From the NCBI GenBank assembly GCA_002633005.1, contig NMRA01000196.1, positions 20,169 to 74,759 of the forward strand: a stretch of DNA of 54,591 nt, written 5' to 3'. Origin of the DNA: Phoronis australis. Its lineage: Eukaryota > Animalia > Phoronida. The position numbers and the translations under genes were made by a program. Shown one piece after another: positions 22,801 to 35,000 of this stretch. Under the pieces are notes generated by a model. It ran no database searches, was not told where the DNA came from, and saw only the letters and a program-made list of their open reading frames with translations. Each line of letters starts with the position of its first letter. Within the stretch, counting starts at the first letter, position 1.

Positions 22801-24109
22801 ATCATACTGCCCCCGTAGGGGGTATCTACATAGAGTCTGCATGCAGTGGCGGATCGTTGGATGTCTGTCGATCTGAGAAAGGCTACTATAGGTCCATGAA
22901 CCACATACATGTATACGAGGGTTCGCATTCAGTGCATCCCCGGCCTAGCGGTCTCTGCAGAAGGAGGGTTCGCATGCACCCCTAGCGGTCTCTGAAGGAG
23001 GCCCAAGCCCCCACAATAATAATCAGTAAAGGAAAATGGGAATGTTACCCAAAGAGAACGCGGAAAATGCTGGCGGCGATATGATTTTTAGTCGCCCGTG
23101 GTAAGTTGGTCCTTGAAGCATTTCGCCACCCCCTCTCCCGCCTTTATCGACCTATGACGTAACGCCATAGCCGTTTCTTTATCTTGAAATATTCAAAAAT
23201 GCCATTACTTATAGTCGGCGAGCATACATTTATGCCTGGCCGGGGCCGCGCCCACCGAAATCACGGGCGGCCCACAACAATGCTGTCGTCGTGAGCCCGC
23301 GGCGTAGCCAATGATGCCGTAAGCTATCGTATCAAGACTACGCCCCACTATATCGTCACTTTCGGCGCATAGACGCTACGTTAAAATGTAAAAAGGCCGG
23401 GTGCCGGTTGCAACGATAAAATGAATTTAGGTTGGCTGCAACCAGGCCCCTATGTGCGCTTACGCCCCACCACACTATGCCGGAACTTGCGGTGGGTAGG
23501 CGTTACATTAAAAAGCAAAAAGGTGGTTCGCTGCGCCTACGTGCGCCTATGCCCCACTAGAGCACTGTTTGCGTCTCGCTGCTGTGCATAGTTCCAAAAA
23601 GACACCAGCCTGAGTCAATCACGGCGGACACCCGGCCGACTTATCTCGCAACAACCAAGGCGACTATCCTGCCCTCTTTTGGCGACCAAAGAAGAAATTT
23701 GAAACTGGCAGATCACATGATCGGCATGGCACATGACTTCGGCTGAAAATTACTAAGGTAAGACCGATTCGTGACGCAGTAGTCAATTATTGTTAACCAG
23801 TGTGTTTATGAGGAAGACTACCACCAAACATACTAAAAAAGGCACAGCCTGAGAGCTACACTGACAGTGGTAGTGACAGGCGGGGGAATTTCCAGCCAAT
23901 AACTCATAACCACGGAAACATACATGATACAGTGAGTAGTGTCAGTGGTGATCGAGGAGCAGACAAACACAAGATCCTGTGATAGGCAGTGACCACCGTC
24001 TCTAGCTGTCTACCAGGCAGTTACATCGCCCTGGATGCCACAGCCTAATTGGCCAACCGAGGGGCTACATGTTGCTTAGCTGACTACTAGTAGAGACGGT
24101 GCCCCGGCC

Positions 24110-24313
24110 TATGGAGCTTCATACACCGGAGGCTTTTCGGGGAATTATGCCTCAGTCACACTAACTATAAACATGAAATTCAACACCTTTTGCTCATAGG
24201 ACACCTTAGGAAGTTGTTGATGTATTTAATTCCTTCCGACTTGACAAAATACCCCCGTTCAAACTTTTTCGTCAAGCAGTCCCTCGTTCAGTTCCAAAGT
24301 CGGAAATTCAATT
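24110..24313. repeat. Dispersed repeat copy (partner at 54222-54440)
   Basis: CCGGA.GCTTTTCGG.GAATTATGCCTC...ACCTTTTGC.CATAG...ACACCTTAGGA.GTTGT.GATGT...AGCAGTCCCT..TTCAGTTCC is shared in the same orientation. Confidence 0.8.
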
Positions 24314-25888
24314 GAACTTTTTCCCATGTAAATGAATTGAATCAATTCATTAGCATATCCAATAGCCATTCAACTAGAATATTTTAGAGGGTTGTTTTAT
24401 ATCTTTAATCAAATGTATTGAAAAGGTAAAAGTCCTAGAGTACATTCCAAGCATATATTGCCCTACCTGTCATGATTCCGTGCAAAAGGTTAATCGGTAC
24501 ATTTTGATTAAAGAACATTGAATCAATAGCAACAGACCAATATAGCTTAAATACTGTATAAGTTTGAATCATTTTGAATTGATACCATAGTCGCAACAAA
24601 CAATGCTAGAAATTCAGAGGGTACGTTCGTCACGTATGTCTGGTCACACGCACTCAGCTTACATCGAGCTGTTTTACGAAAATTTCTTGAAAGATATCAC
24701 GTACGTTGCAAACTTTGAACTAAATCATCATATAAAACAAAAAATTGTAACCAAATGCAAGACTCACAGAAAATTAACGTTAAATTTTTTTTCAAAATTT
24801 CAAATTCAGCCTCTGCGTACATCCGTCACACCCCTTTTATTATGATCATTCTTTGAAGGAGGTTTTTTGAATAGGTGAGGTCCCGAAGTCCTTGGTATAG
24901 TGCCTTTGCTGGGGCTGTTTCAAAATGCCTAGTTGAAACACGACTGGTAGTCCAGTTTCTGGTGGCTGGGGAAAAGAATAGTGTGTCCCAAATATGCACA
25001 CACTTCCTGAGCACCTGGAGTAGTTCAAATTCAGTTCTGCACGGGCCTACTGCATGGTTACATCTTATTTTTAGGTCCGTACGTCAGTCATGATGTGCAC
25101 GTGAATCAGGAGAAGAGATCAATTCGGTTTTGAAGAACAAAAATTCATTCAACACTACTGGAAACTAAAAACACCAAGAAAGTGCAAAGACAACCTTTCC
25201 AAGCAATGAGTTTATTTAAGGATTTTTAAAATAGTTTTTCTATGTACGGTTTGTGAGTTCAAATTTCATCAATGTCTTTGAGAATTATTTCAGATATGTG
25301 TACTTTACTATTTGGGGATTGGATTATAGAGTTTTTCCAACTTCAGGTTGCAATTAAATTCACTGAAATGTCACCAATTCTTACAAGATTAGCTTCTAAT
25401 TGTCAAAAATCATCTATGAATCTATCGATATTCGTAGATACATAAACAAGTAGATCATAAACCAACGAATTTGTTTATCAAAACGGAACGTTATAAGCAA
25501 TTTACGCATGCATGCTTGCAGACTCTTGACATGTAATCAGGTGAGTATGTGAGATGGGGCATTCGTATTAAGGTTTATTTTTGCTCATTTCACTAGAGGT
25601 ACCTATTACGTTTCATGAGGTATAATCCACTGACAAAAAAACAACATTTTTGTCTCTGTTGAGCCCTGCATAACAAAACCATAAAATTTGAAAGATAGCG
25701 ATCTTCAGTTCAACTTCTTCAAACTTTCGTCCTTTCGATGGCGGTCAATGCTATTGTTTTTCTTAGGCAATATGTCTTCATACTCCAAATTTCAGCACAG
25801 TGCCCGATCATTTTGGGTACACTTGACAGTTTATAAAATTTTTAAGCAAAATTATGCATTTGACATTGTTCTGCTTTATTGCAGGAAC

Positions 25889-26055
25889 ATGGATGGTCTG
25901 CAGATACTTTGTTTGATCACTGCTATTGCCTTAGGGGCATCTGCTTTTCCTGCAGCTGATGAAATTGCTAATTTGCCAGGTCTTAGTGAGAAGCCAACTT
26001 TCAAGCAATACTCTGGATATCTCAATGCAACGGGCCCCAGGAGACTACATTATTG
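25889..26055 (+). CDS. CTSA: Cathepsin A-like coding exon 1 (signal peptide, LPGL...QYSGYL...LHYW)
   Basis: Acceptor TTGCAG at 25884, ATG at 25889, donor GTAAGT at 26056. Confidence 0.92.
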
Positions 26056-29000
26056 GTAAGTGACATGAATGATGCTATTTTGTTATTTAATAATAGAATT
26101 ATTGGGAATGTCCTCTCAAGTAGACTGCAAACTTGAAGAGTAAAAAAACTGAAATTTTGTTTATTCACTGTCCAGGGGATTGATCAAATTAGTGTGATAT
26201 CACCATTCTGACATAACCGAGGAGTTCTGTGTCATGGTTTATAAAGTCAACCTAACACTTGCACGAGGTTTTAGTGCGCAAAACTTTCTGATTTATGCGG
26301 ATTCCAGTTTTTGTTGTATTTGCGCACTTTTTAGCCATGTTTTGGCAATAGAAATGGACTATCATGACACGCAAATGGCCACGTACTGTGCATACTACTG
26401 TCACGGCCAGCACGGCCGCATTGTTACCATGGTGAACAGTAACAAGCGTCCGCTGTCTAAATTATTCCCATGTAGTTCATGTTTGATTCCTGCAAATCAA
26501 TGGCTACCAAAATTGCAAGCACTTCTCAAAACTCTGTCTACCGTATCCATTTCAGAGCTAAGAAACTTGTTTTTTTCTATTTTCTAATTTTTGGGATACG
26601 AAACTCACGCTTGAAATATGCAGGGCTATGAATGAAGGCTTAATGAAGATGACAGTGAAGTCATCTGTCAAAACAAAGTACTTAAATGGTGGTGTCATGC
26701 ACTTTAAAATGATTCAAAACCCTGTTTTTTATGAGAATTTTAACCAGTCCTGGTTCAGTCCTCCACTTATGCATCATTGGTTGCTCACTTTTGTACTAAA
26801 TGGAAGATTCAACAAGAATTACTCACTGTAGGTCAGAATTTGAGTTCTTGGTTGGTGATCTTACCTTACAGTTGTTGTGTCTCCTAAAGTGTATGTCACG
26901 CTTGCCCATAGTTTGATACGAGTGGTCTACAAACCTAAATTAAGTGTTGACGAGGGTTTCACACCATTTGAGAGCTGAATGGGAAAGTCCTTGTTGTTTG
27001 AATAGCCAATACACAGGCCAAAACCAGGTTTAATTTCCTGTTAATCTGACATGTAAGTGGCTTGTCTCTTGCCACTTTTCTACAGGGTGGATCAAAGTTG
27101 TAATAACTAGAGAATCCCCAGTTAAACTCAGGTTTAGGGAAAGCACCTGGTTACATATAATTCTGATCTTTATAGTTCACATAAATACAATTGTATGCTC
27201 TGGCATGAACTTCAGATTTTGAAGTTATTTCAACAATTTTGAAGTTAACAAATGTGCCAGAATAAGTGAATAAAACGCCACCTATTTTCTGTCTCTGGTG
27301 TACAGAAGTATAAATGGGTGTGACGTAAGCATTTTCTGTTGTCCGTATTGTAGTGTCTGATATTTTGAATTAAAGTAGTTGTCATGCAATCTATTTTTCT
27401 ACCTGTGCAAAGGAGGACTGCACGAGTAATTCAATTGAGACCTAGGGCCTATTGACAAAACTTCTGGAAGGTTTACCATGCCAACAATTCTACTTAAAAG
27501 CTCTGTTCTGGACATAAGATCAATTTAGCTCTGCGTAACTTGCCTTTTTCAGAATTTTAATTCTGTTTGAAAAATCTGCAGAACTAAAACTAAGCTATCG
27601 ACATAGCATTGGTGTGTCCTATAGGTAATGGTTTCTTTCAATTTCAAGCATGGAGTGTACATGAGGATATTTAACTTGGTATAATATATTTTTTCTTAAT
27701 TTTAGGTTGGTATTGTCACAGGACAAGCCTGAGACTGACCCTTTGTTGCTTTGGCTGAATGGGGGGCCTGGCTGCAGCTCAATGGAGGGTCTACTGAATG
27801 AAAATGGACCATTCAGTGTAAGTTTTGTATGGGCAATGATGAGATGATACACATCGTAGATCCCAATGTAGTTTTGGGTCGTATTTCTCTATTATGCACC
27901 TCTCAGAGAATTACTGAGAAAATCTTGTTTTGTGTCATGTATGCCACTGATTGGTCAATGCACGGCTCAATTTGACGACATGCAGGTATGATAATTGCAA
28001 TGTTGGATTTAGATTGGCTACCTGGTAAACATCCCAATTTGCTAGACGGTCATCCGAGCATGCCTCATTCGAAAAAATTCTGAAGGGTCCATTGATGAGT
28101 CATGTAGATGTAACCATCCAGACCTCCTCGGTCATTTTCCTTGCTTCAGATCCTCTGAGGGTTTCGTGTCTGTGCATATCCATTTTTGGGATAACATTAA
28201 CTCAAAGATTAGGAAATGTATTGTTGTGGTGACTTTTGTGGCCATTGTATACAGTACAGTTAAGAGACTAATTGCATTTTGGCTGTTTTCTTATATTGGG
28301 AGTGGGGGGGTTCGGGGTTCAGAATTTAGGCATGTTGGCATCTCATGCAATTTCCCATTCATTACGGTTACAACGCAAAATTTATATTTCAAAGAAATGA
28401 AAGAAATCCTTGATTCTGACAGCCAATAAAAATTTTAAATATATACGTTATCCTAAGGTAAAATGATTACATCAAGCAATCTAATCCCAGACTCAGAGCT
28501 ATAGGGTGGCGTGAAAGCTATGGATATCGTAATTCCTTTCTTAATACTCTTCTTTTGTCAAAAGAAATGTTGTTCTTGGAATTCTTTGGTTAAAACTATC
28601 TAATTTCATCATTATGATAGTGTTCTCAATAAGCTCAACTGGAATTACAAAATTCACATATTATGTGCATAAATTATTTGACGTTTGTTAATTGCTGGAA
28701 CTGGTACCAAAAGCCAGTTCTTAAGAAATAACTAAATTTCCAATACTTCAAACTCCCTGCAAAGGCTTTCAAATTCAACCATGCTGTAAACATCAACTTT
28801 AAACAAGATAAAGATTCATATTTGGAGAAATCTTTTGAATTTCTCTTGCAATGTCACCTGGTCAGCTGGACCATTTTTATGCACATCCATTCTCACTAGA
28901 GTGGCTGTATTTACTAGGTCACATATTGAGGGTAAAATTTTACTGTTTCTTATCAGGCTTTATTTTCCATTTTTTGGCACATGAAACCAAATGGAAACCA

Positions 29001-32000
29001 TAAAATCTGAATAGAGGAGTAAAAATTAGTAAAAATGTGGGTTCTTGAATTTTCAAAATTGGTCAATTAATAGCCATTTTGTCAACAAAAGACAAGCCTT
29101 GAGCTATTCATTGGGAAGCTAAGTTTCCAGCATGGTTTATCAGCTAATTGTTTTCATCACTAAAGACTGAAAGAATGTGGATAAAACCAAATGATTCTTG
29201 ATGGATGAATCCCGTTTAATTTGTTCACAACATGATGCTAATCATCCAAACTAGTGTCATTGCATAATTCAACCTACAATGCAAGGATGACTCAACACAA
29301 GTTGTGGGTCACACTCTGTGATACTGTTCTGTATTGTTTGCAGGAAGTTGTCTTCAAGCTTGAATTCCAACTTCCATTCTTCAAATTCCGGTCAAGCTGT
29401 TGTGCGTTTCTCACATTGTCTTGATGCTGTGATACTCTTATGAAAATATTATGTGTATTTCTCAGACATTTGTTTTGATGCTGTGGTACTTCAATGAAAA
29501 TGTTGCACCATTTTATTGGGCTATTGGAAATTCTGTGTGAATTGCAAATGAAACACTGGGGTTCTCTTTTTATCTCATTGATCTCTCTTCTATGTATTTC
29601 GCTTTTCAGGTTTTCTAGTGTTTTTCCATTGCATGCTTCCCTGACCAAATTCTTCTTGTTTGATTTAATTTTCCATTAAATTTATTGCCCGAATCTTGGG
29701 TGAGAGCAATATTGCTGCATGCTGAATACGCCTATTTCCCAGAGCACGCATTACAACAGCATCCTACTGTTACAAGCATTGGAAGATTTCGCTTTGTGTA
29801 AAGGCCAAAAAAGTCTCCAATCTCTGTCAAAGAGTTGGTTGGAACTGACGTTGGTTACTCGGTAACAAAATATTTGGCAGATCTTTTGCTTTCTTTATCA
29901 GCTGTAATTTGTTTGTTATCATCCTCATCCCTGCCTACTTACCCTGTCTGCCTGCCCTTTCTCTATATCTCTCTCAATTATTTTTACCCACAGTTTTCGA
30001 TTTAACGTCATGCCAAAATGGTATGAGTTTAAAATTCAAAATTCTCACAATAAAATAAATTTAGGTACTATCAAAATGCATCAAATTTTATCTGGGCGAA
30101 GTTTCAGAAACACTTGACATTTAAAATTTTACCCTTTGAATCTTTAATGTTTTTGGTTCCCGTGATACAATGTCGTATACCTTTGACTAACCTTTATTTA
30201 TTGGGAGGTTAACAGATGATCATTTATCCATTTATTGTAAAGTGTGACATATACCCTGGTTCTACGGGCAGCTCTATCAGTTACGTATACCGAAGTATAG
30301 TGCGAACCAGTATGGTGCTTTCATGCGTGTCATTGTTTTTTGTTTCAGTTAAGCTCGGATGGCAAAACCTTAACCCCTAACCCATACAGCTGGAACAAGG
30401 TCGCCAACGTGTTGTATGTGGAGGCCCCTGTAGGTGTAGGATACTCCTATACTACAGAGACATCTGTTCAGTACAGTGATGACATGGTGAGACATTAATT
30501 TGAACAACTGTTGCACTGTTATTGGTGATATTTCTAACCCAATATTTGCTGTTACTAAGAGTAGGAGTGTGGAAACTGTTTTGGTTTAGTTGTTAAATAA
30601 ATGTACAAATTTTGGTTTATTTTACATCAATTCTCATGTTTTACATGCTAGCGTGGGAAAAGCGCCACGTTTTACACGCTAGTGTGGCAAAAGGGCCATG
30701 TTTTACACGATAACATGGCAAAAGCACCACATCTGATACGCAAAGTGTGTCAATCGTGGAGTATTGGAATGAAAATTTCATGTTTTTGCTATGTTTTCGC
30801 CATGTTCTATATGCCACAATTTACATGTTTTTGCAACGTTCTACACACCACATTTTACACGCTTTTGCCACGTTTGACACGCCACGTTTTACATCTTTGA
30901 CACGTCACATTTTACTCGTATGACACGCTTTACACGGTGTTTCATTAGAGACGTCCATGTTCTAAGAGCGTGTCAAAATGTGTAAAACTCTCACCATGTA
31001 GTGGACAGGTCATTTTTTCGAACACACAAGGCAGTATCGTATCTGAAATCTTTAATCTGCTGTTACCTTTGCATGTTCAGCGATTTTCTCCAAAATCCCT
31101 TTATGGAATTGAAGGTGAAAGTTGGCAATGATTTTTATGGTGTGGTTACACTGATATTAGTAGGTTTTGGGATGGTTTTGACCTCTGTGACACTCTCTGT
31201 TGGCCATTTTTTGTTTTCAACAAGACATTTCTTGTTAAAGTTTTTGATTTGATGTTAATTAAAAAGCTGAGTCACCAACAGTTTTTACCCCTTGTGGTCA
31301 AATTGTTGTCTCCTTGTGTTTTACATTTTTTCACAGGCATGTGCACCTTTGTGTGAGTTTACAATGTCAATTAGCCTGTGCCTACTTGACCGTTTTTTAC
31401 TCACGGTTTATTCTCAATTTCCTGGGAGGTAACTAGAGTGTGTTTAACAATTTGGTAGAGTATAGGAATACAGTTTCATCAAATGTCGGATCAAGAGTGG
31501 AGTTTTTCAATGTTTAAAGAAATTTTGGCAGATTATCTACCTGTACCGGTTGAATTGTAATTGATGCTTCAATGACCTCTAAACTATCTATCGTTGAGGG
31601 GACTCAAATTCAAAGCAATTCTGATTCAAGCCCCATGTCTGACGTCTGATATGCACTGGGGCCAGCGGGGTCTGGATATCACTCAGAACCTTTCACTGAC
31701 GATTCATATTGCTTCATCACCTGAAATCTTGTATTAATTAATGTTACAGCTGAACCTTGAAACAACGAACCTCCTGAAATCTAACAAAGACGTTCGTTGT
31801 AACCGACTTTTTAGAGAAAACAAAAACCATAGAATCATTTACTTTTCATTTTCTGTATTCATTGTATGCAAGACAGCCCAACCGTTTGCCTGTTTGCGTG
31901 CAGCAAATCAGGTGCTCTTGTGTCACACGGTTAGCTCAAATACGAAATCGAGAAGTATGCGGGTGATCAATTTTTAGACTGTCTCGTATGTGCTGGTTTG

Positions 32001-35000
32001 TTGTAAGGTTGGTGAAGTAACCCTCTGGGTTATCAAAATTGGACGATATTGCCATGTGAACATTTTATCCATGTTTCTTTTAAAACAAAATGTAGAAAAC
32101 GTATTTTGCATCAGAGAAAAACAGGACTTCCAGATTGAAACAGCTGTATAAGCAAGCAAATGTTATAAACAGGGCTTGAATGCGATTCGACTAAACGTAC
32201 CCTCAAGATTTATTTGCCAAAGAGAAAATAATTATGATCATTGTAGTAATTGTAAAAAGGGCGGGATAGGCCTAGTTTTTAGAAATAAACTTTTAATGCA
32301 GCACTAAATAAAATTGACAATGAAAGAGACAGTTAACGTGATGAGCACTCTAAGAAGACTTCTGTTTGTGGCTCACGCAATGGCGCATATCAATATGTTT
32401 CATAATTACTCTTGTTGGCCTGTATGTGGAGCACAGAAAGCAGATCGACGCGCACAACTTAATTGGTGTTCAGTCTGTTCATGAATCATTTGGTTAAAGA
32501 GCCATAATCGTCTGAAATGTTTTTTCTTTAGAAATGCCAGTTTGCTGTCATCACAATTATGTTTAATCTACCTTGATGCCAGTGTGGGTACTAAACTAAT
32601 TTTCTTTATATGTTGCTAGGCTGCTGAAGACAATTACTTGGCTTTGAAGAGCTTCTTCAAGATGTACCCTGAACTGAAACACAATGACTTTTACATCACA
32701 GGGGAGAGCTATGCTGGGATTTATGTTCCTACATTGGCTATGAGGGTCATGGTTGACTCAGAGATCAATTTCATGGTTTGTTAAACTTGGAATATCTTGC
32801 TCTCAATTGTCGCAAACTTTAACTGCTGTCAGTAGTTGAACTCAAAATGGTTAACCATGTATTTTCACATGCTATGCCATATGTTCAAAGTTGCTTGTCT
32901 GTGAAAACCTTCTAAACATTCCTGAAAATGTCACTGGTTTTTGTGTCCTCACTTTACATGTCATTTTCTAAAGCGTTATTTCATTTATAATTGAAATGAA
33001 TGCCATATATCTTTTGCAACTTGTAGGGATAGTGTGGTGTTAACCAGCCAGTTACTGATATTGGTACGTTGATATATCTGTAACAGTTATGGTAACTCTT
33101 CACTTTGATTATTTTGCTCAAAAACAATTGAATTGACAAAATTGGAAATTTTCTTAATTTTCAATGACTTTGCTATAAATAATCCCATACGGAAAAATTC
33201 TATACTATCCTATAGGAATTCCTATAGGTCAATATGGATTTCCTATAGGATTCTTATAGGATCAAAATTTCCTATAGGTAATTTTGATCCAAAAGGAATT
33301 CCTACAGGAATCTTGATTTCTTATAGGATTCATATAGTAAATAGATGCTGAGGTTGGCCAGTAATGAAATATATCAAATAAACACAGAAAAATGAGGAAC
33401 CCCAACTGGGAATCGAACAACAGGTCTCTAGATTGCCGGTCTAATGCTCTCACCACTGAGTTACTGAGGATTTGATATCTGTGCAATTACTGTTTACAGC
33501 CCACTGTTAAGTCATACATCCCATGAGCTGGATTTCGCCTTCTTCACGCAGCATTTGGACAATTATATATACAATCAGCAATTCACCAGTATGCTGATTG
33601 TATATATAATTGTCCAAATCCCTTTTGAAAACGGCGAAATGCAGCTCATGGGATGTATGACTTAACAGTTGTCTGTAAACAGTGATAGCACAGATATCGG
33701 GTCCTCCGTAGCTCAGTGGTGAGAGCACTAGACCGGCCATCTCGAGACCTGTGGTTCGTTTCCCAGTGATAAGATTCATTTAGCATCAAGATTTCCTGTA
33801 GGAATTCCAGACCTATAGGAAATGTCCTATAGGAAATTTGTTAGAAATTTGATTTCCATTTTGCTAAAAGGATATATTATGGTTAAGTTATTAAAATTCC
33901 TTAGTCATCAGTTTTTTCTAAATTTCAACATTCATAAGAGTCCCATATTTGTTGCTTGATTTTTATATTGATGGTGAAAACACAGAATTAATTTGAGTTC
34001 ATATCAATTAGAATTGATATTTAGCCTATTTTTTCTGTTGTATACCTATTAAAACCTATATGAACCCACAGGACATTCTATAACATATCAACTTCCTATA
34101 GAATTCTATTGATGTTTCTATAGAATCATGTTGAACTTCCTATATAATTCTATTGAACTTCCTATAGAATCCTATTGAACTACCCATAGAATCCGATTGC
34201 ATTTCCCATTGAAAATAATTGCATCCTATTGAATTTCCTATTATTAGGATCCTGTTGAACCTCCCATAGAATCCTATTTAAGTGCCCATAATTCATATAA
34301 TCCTGTTAAAGTACCCATATGATCCTATTGAACTTTCTATAGGATTGAACTTCCTATAGGATCCTATTGAACTTCCTATAGGATCTCATTGGAGTTCCCA
34401 TAGGATCCTATTGAACTTCTTATTGGATCTTATTGAACTTCCTATTGGATCCTATCAGACTTCTTTTAGGATCCTATTGGACTTCCTATAGGATCCTACT
34501 GGACTTCTTATAGTATCCTATTAGACTTTCTATAGGATCCTGTTGAACTTCCTATAGGATCCTGATGAACATCCTATAGGATCCTATTGAATGTCATAGG
34601 ATATCCTATTGAATTTCCTATAGGATCATATTGAACTTCCTAATATGGAATCCTATTGAACTCCCTATAGAATCCTATTAAACTTCCTATAGAATCCTAT
34701 TGAGTTTCCTATAGAATGCTACTGAACTTCCTGTAGATGAAATTCTCTTAAAACATAATACAAACGGGTTAACTATATAGCTTTCACTACACAGTTGCTG
34801 TTTCATTTCAGGTGTTGTAAAATATGACGTTGTGTTTAAACTTCTATGGGAACATTTTGATTATGTGTATGGCTTATTGGCTAAACTGGACAGATTCTCA
34901 ACTGGACAACAGGTGTCACTGAAAGGCAATTCACGGAACATTTATCTTTACTGCATTTAAAACACTCAACATAAGCTTACAGCTCTGACTATCAGAGAAC

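Noticed and set aside
23085-23670. GC-rich segment with TACGCCCC-like repeats and short inverted ends (AGTCGCC...GGCGACT)
   Set aside because: Probably a MITE, but termini and TSD could not be defined, so it was not called.
25688-25888. N-terminal extension of the ORF 25688-26059
   Set aside because: Intronic. The acceptor at 25884 and the signal peptide starting at ATG 25889 define the real start.
33399-33773. Functional tRNA genes (loop would read GGC, Ala)
   Set aside because: C instead of the invariant U33, mismatched acceptor and T stems, and location in a palindrome inside a MITE. Treated as tRNA-like only.
34085-34735. CRISPR-like array
   Set aside because: Head-to-tail repeats without unique spacers, in a eukaryotic context, with no cas genes.
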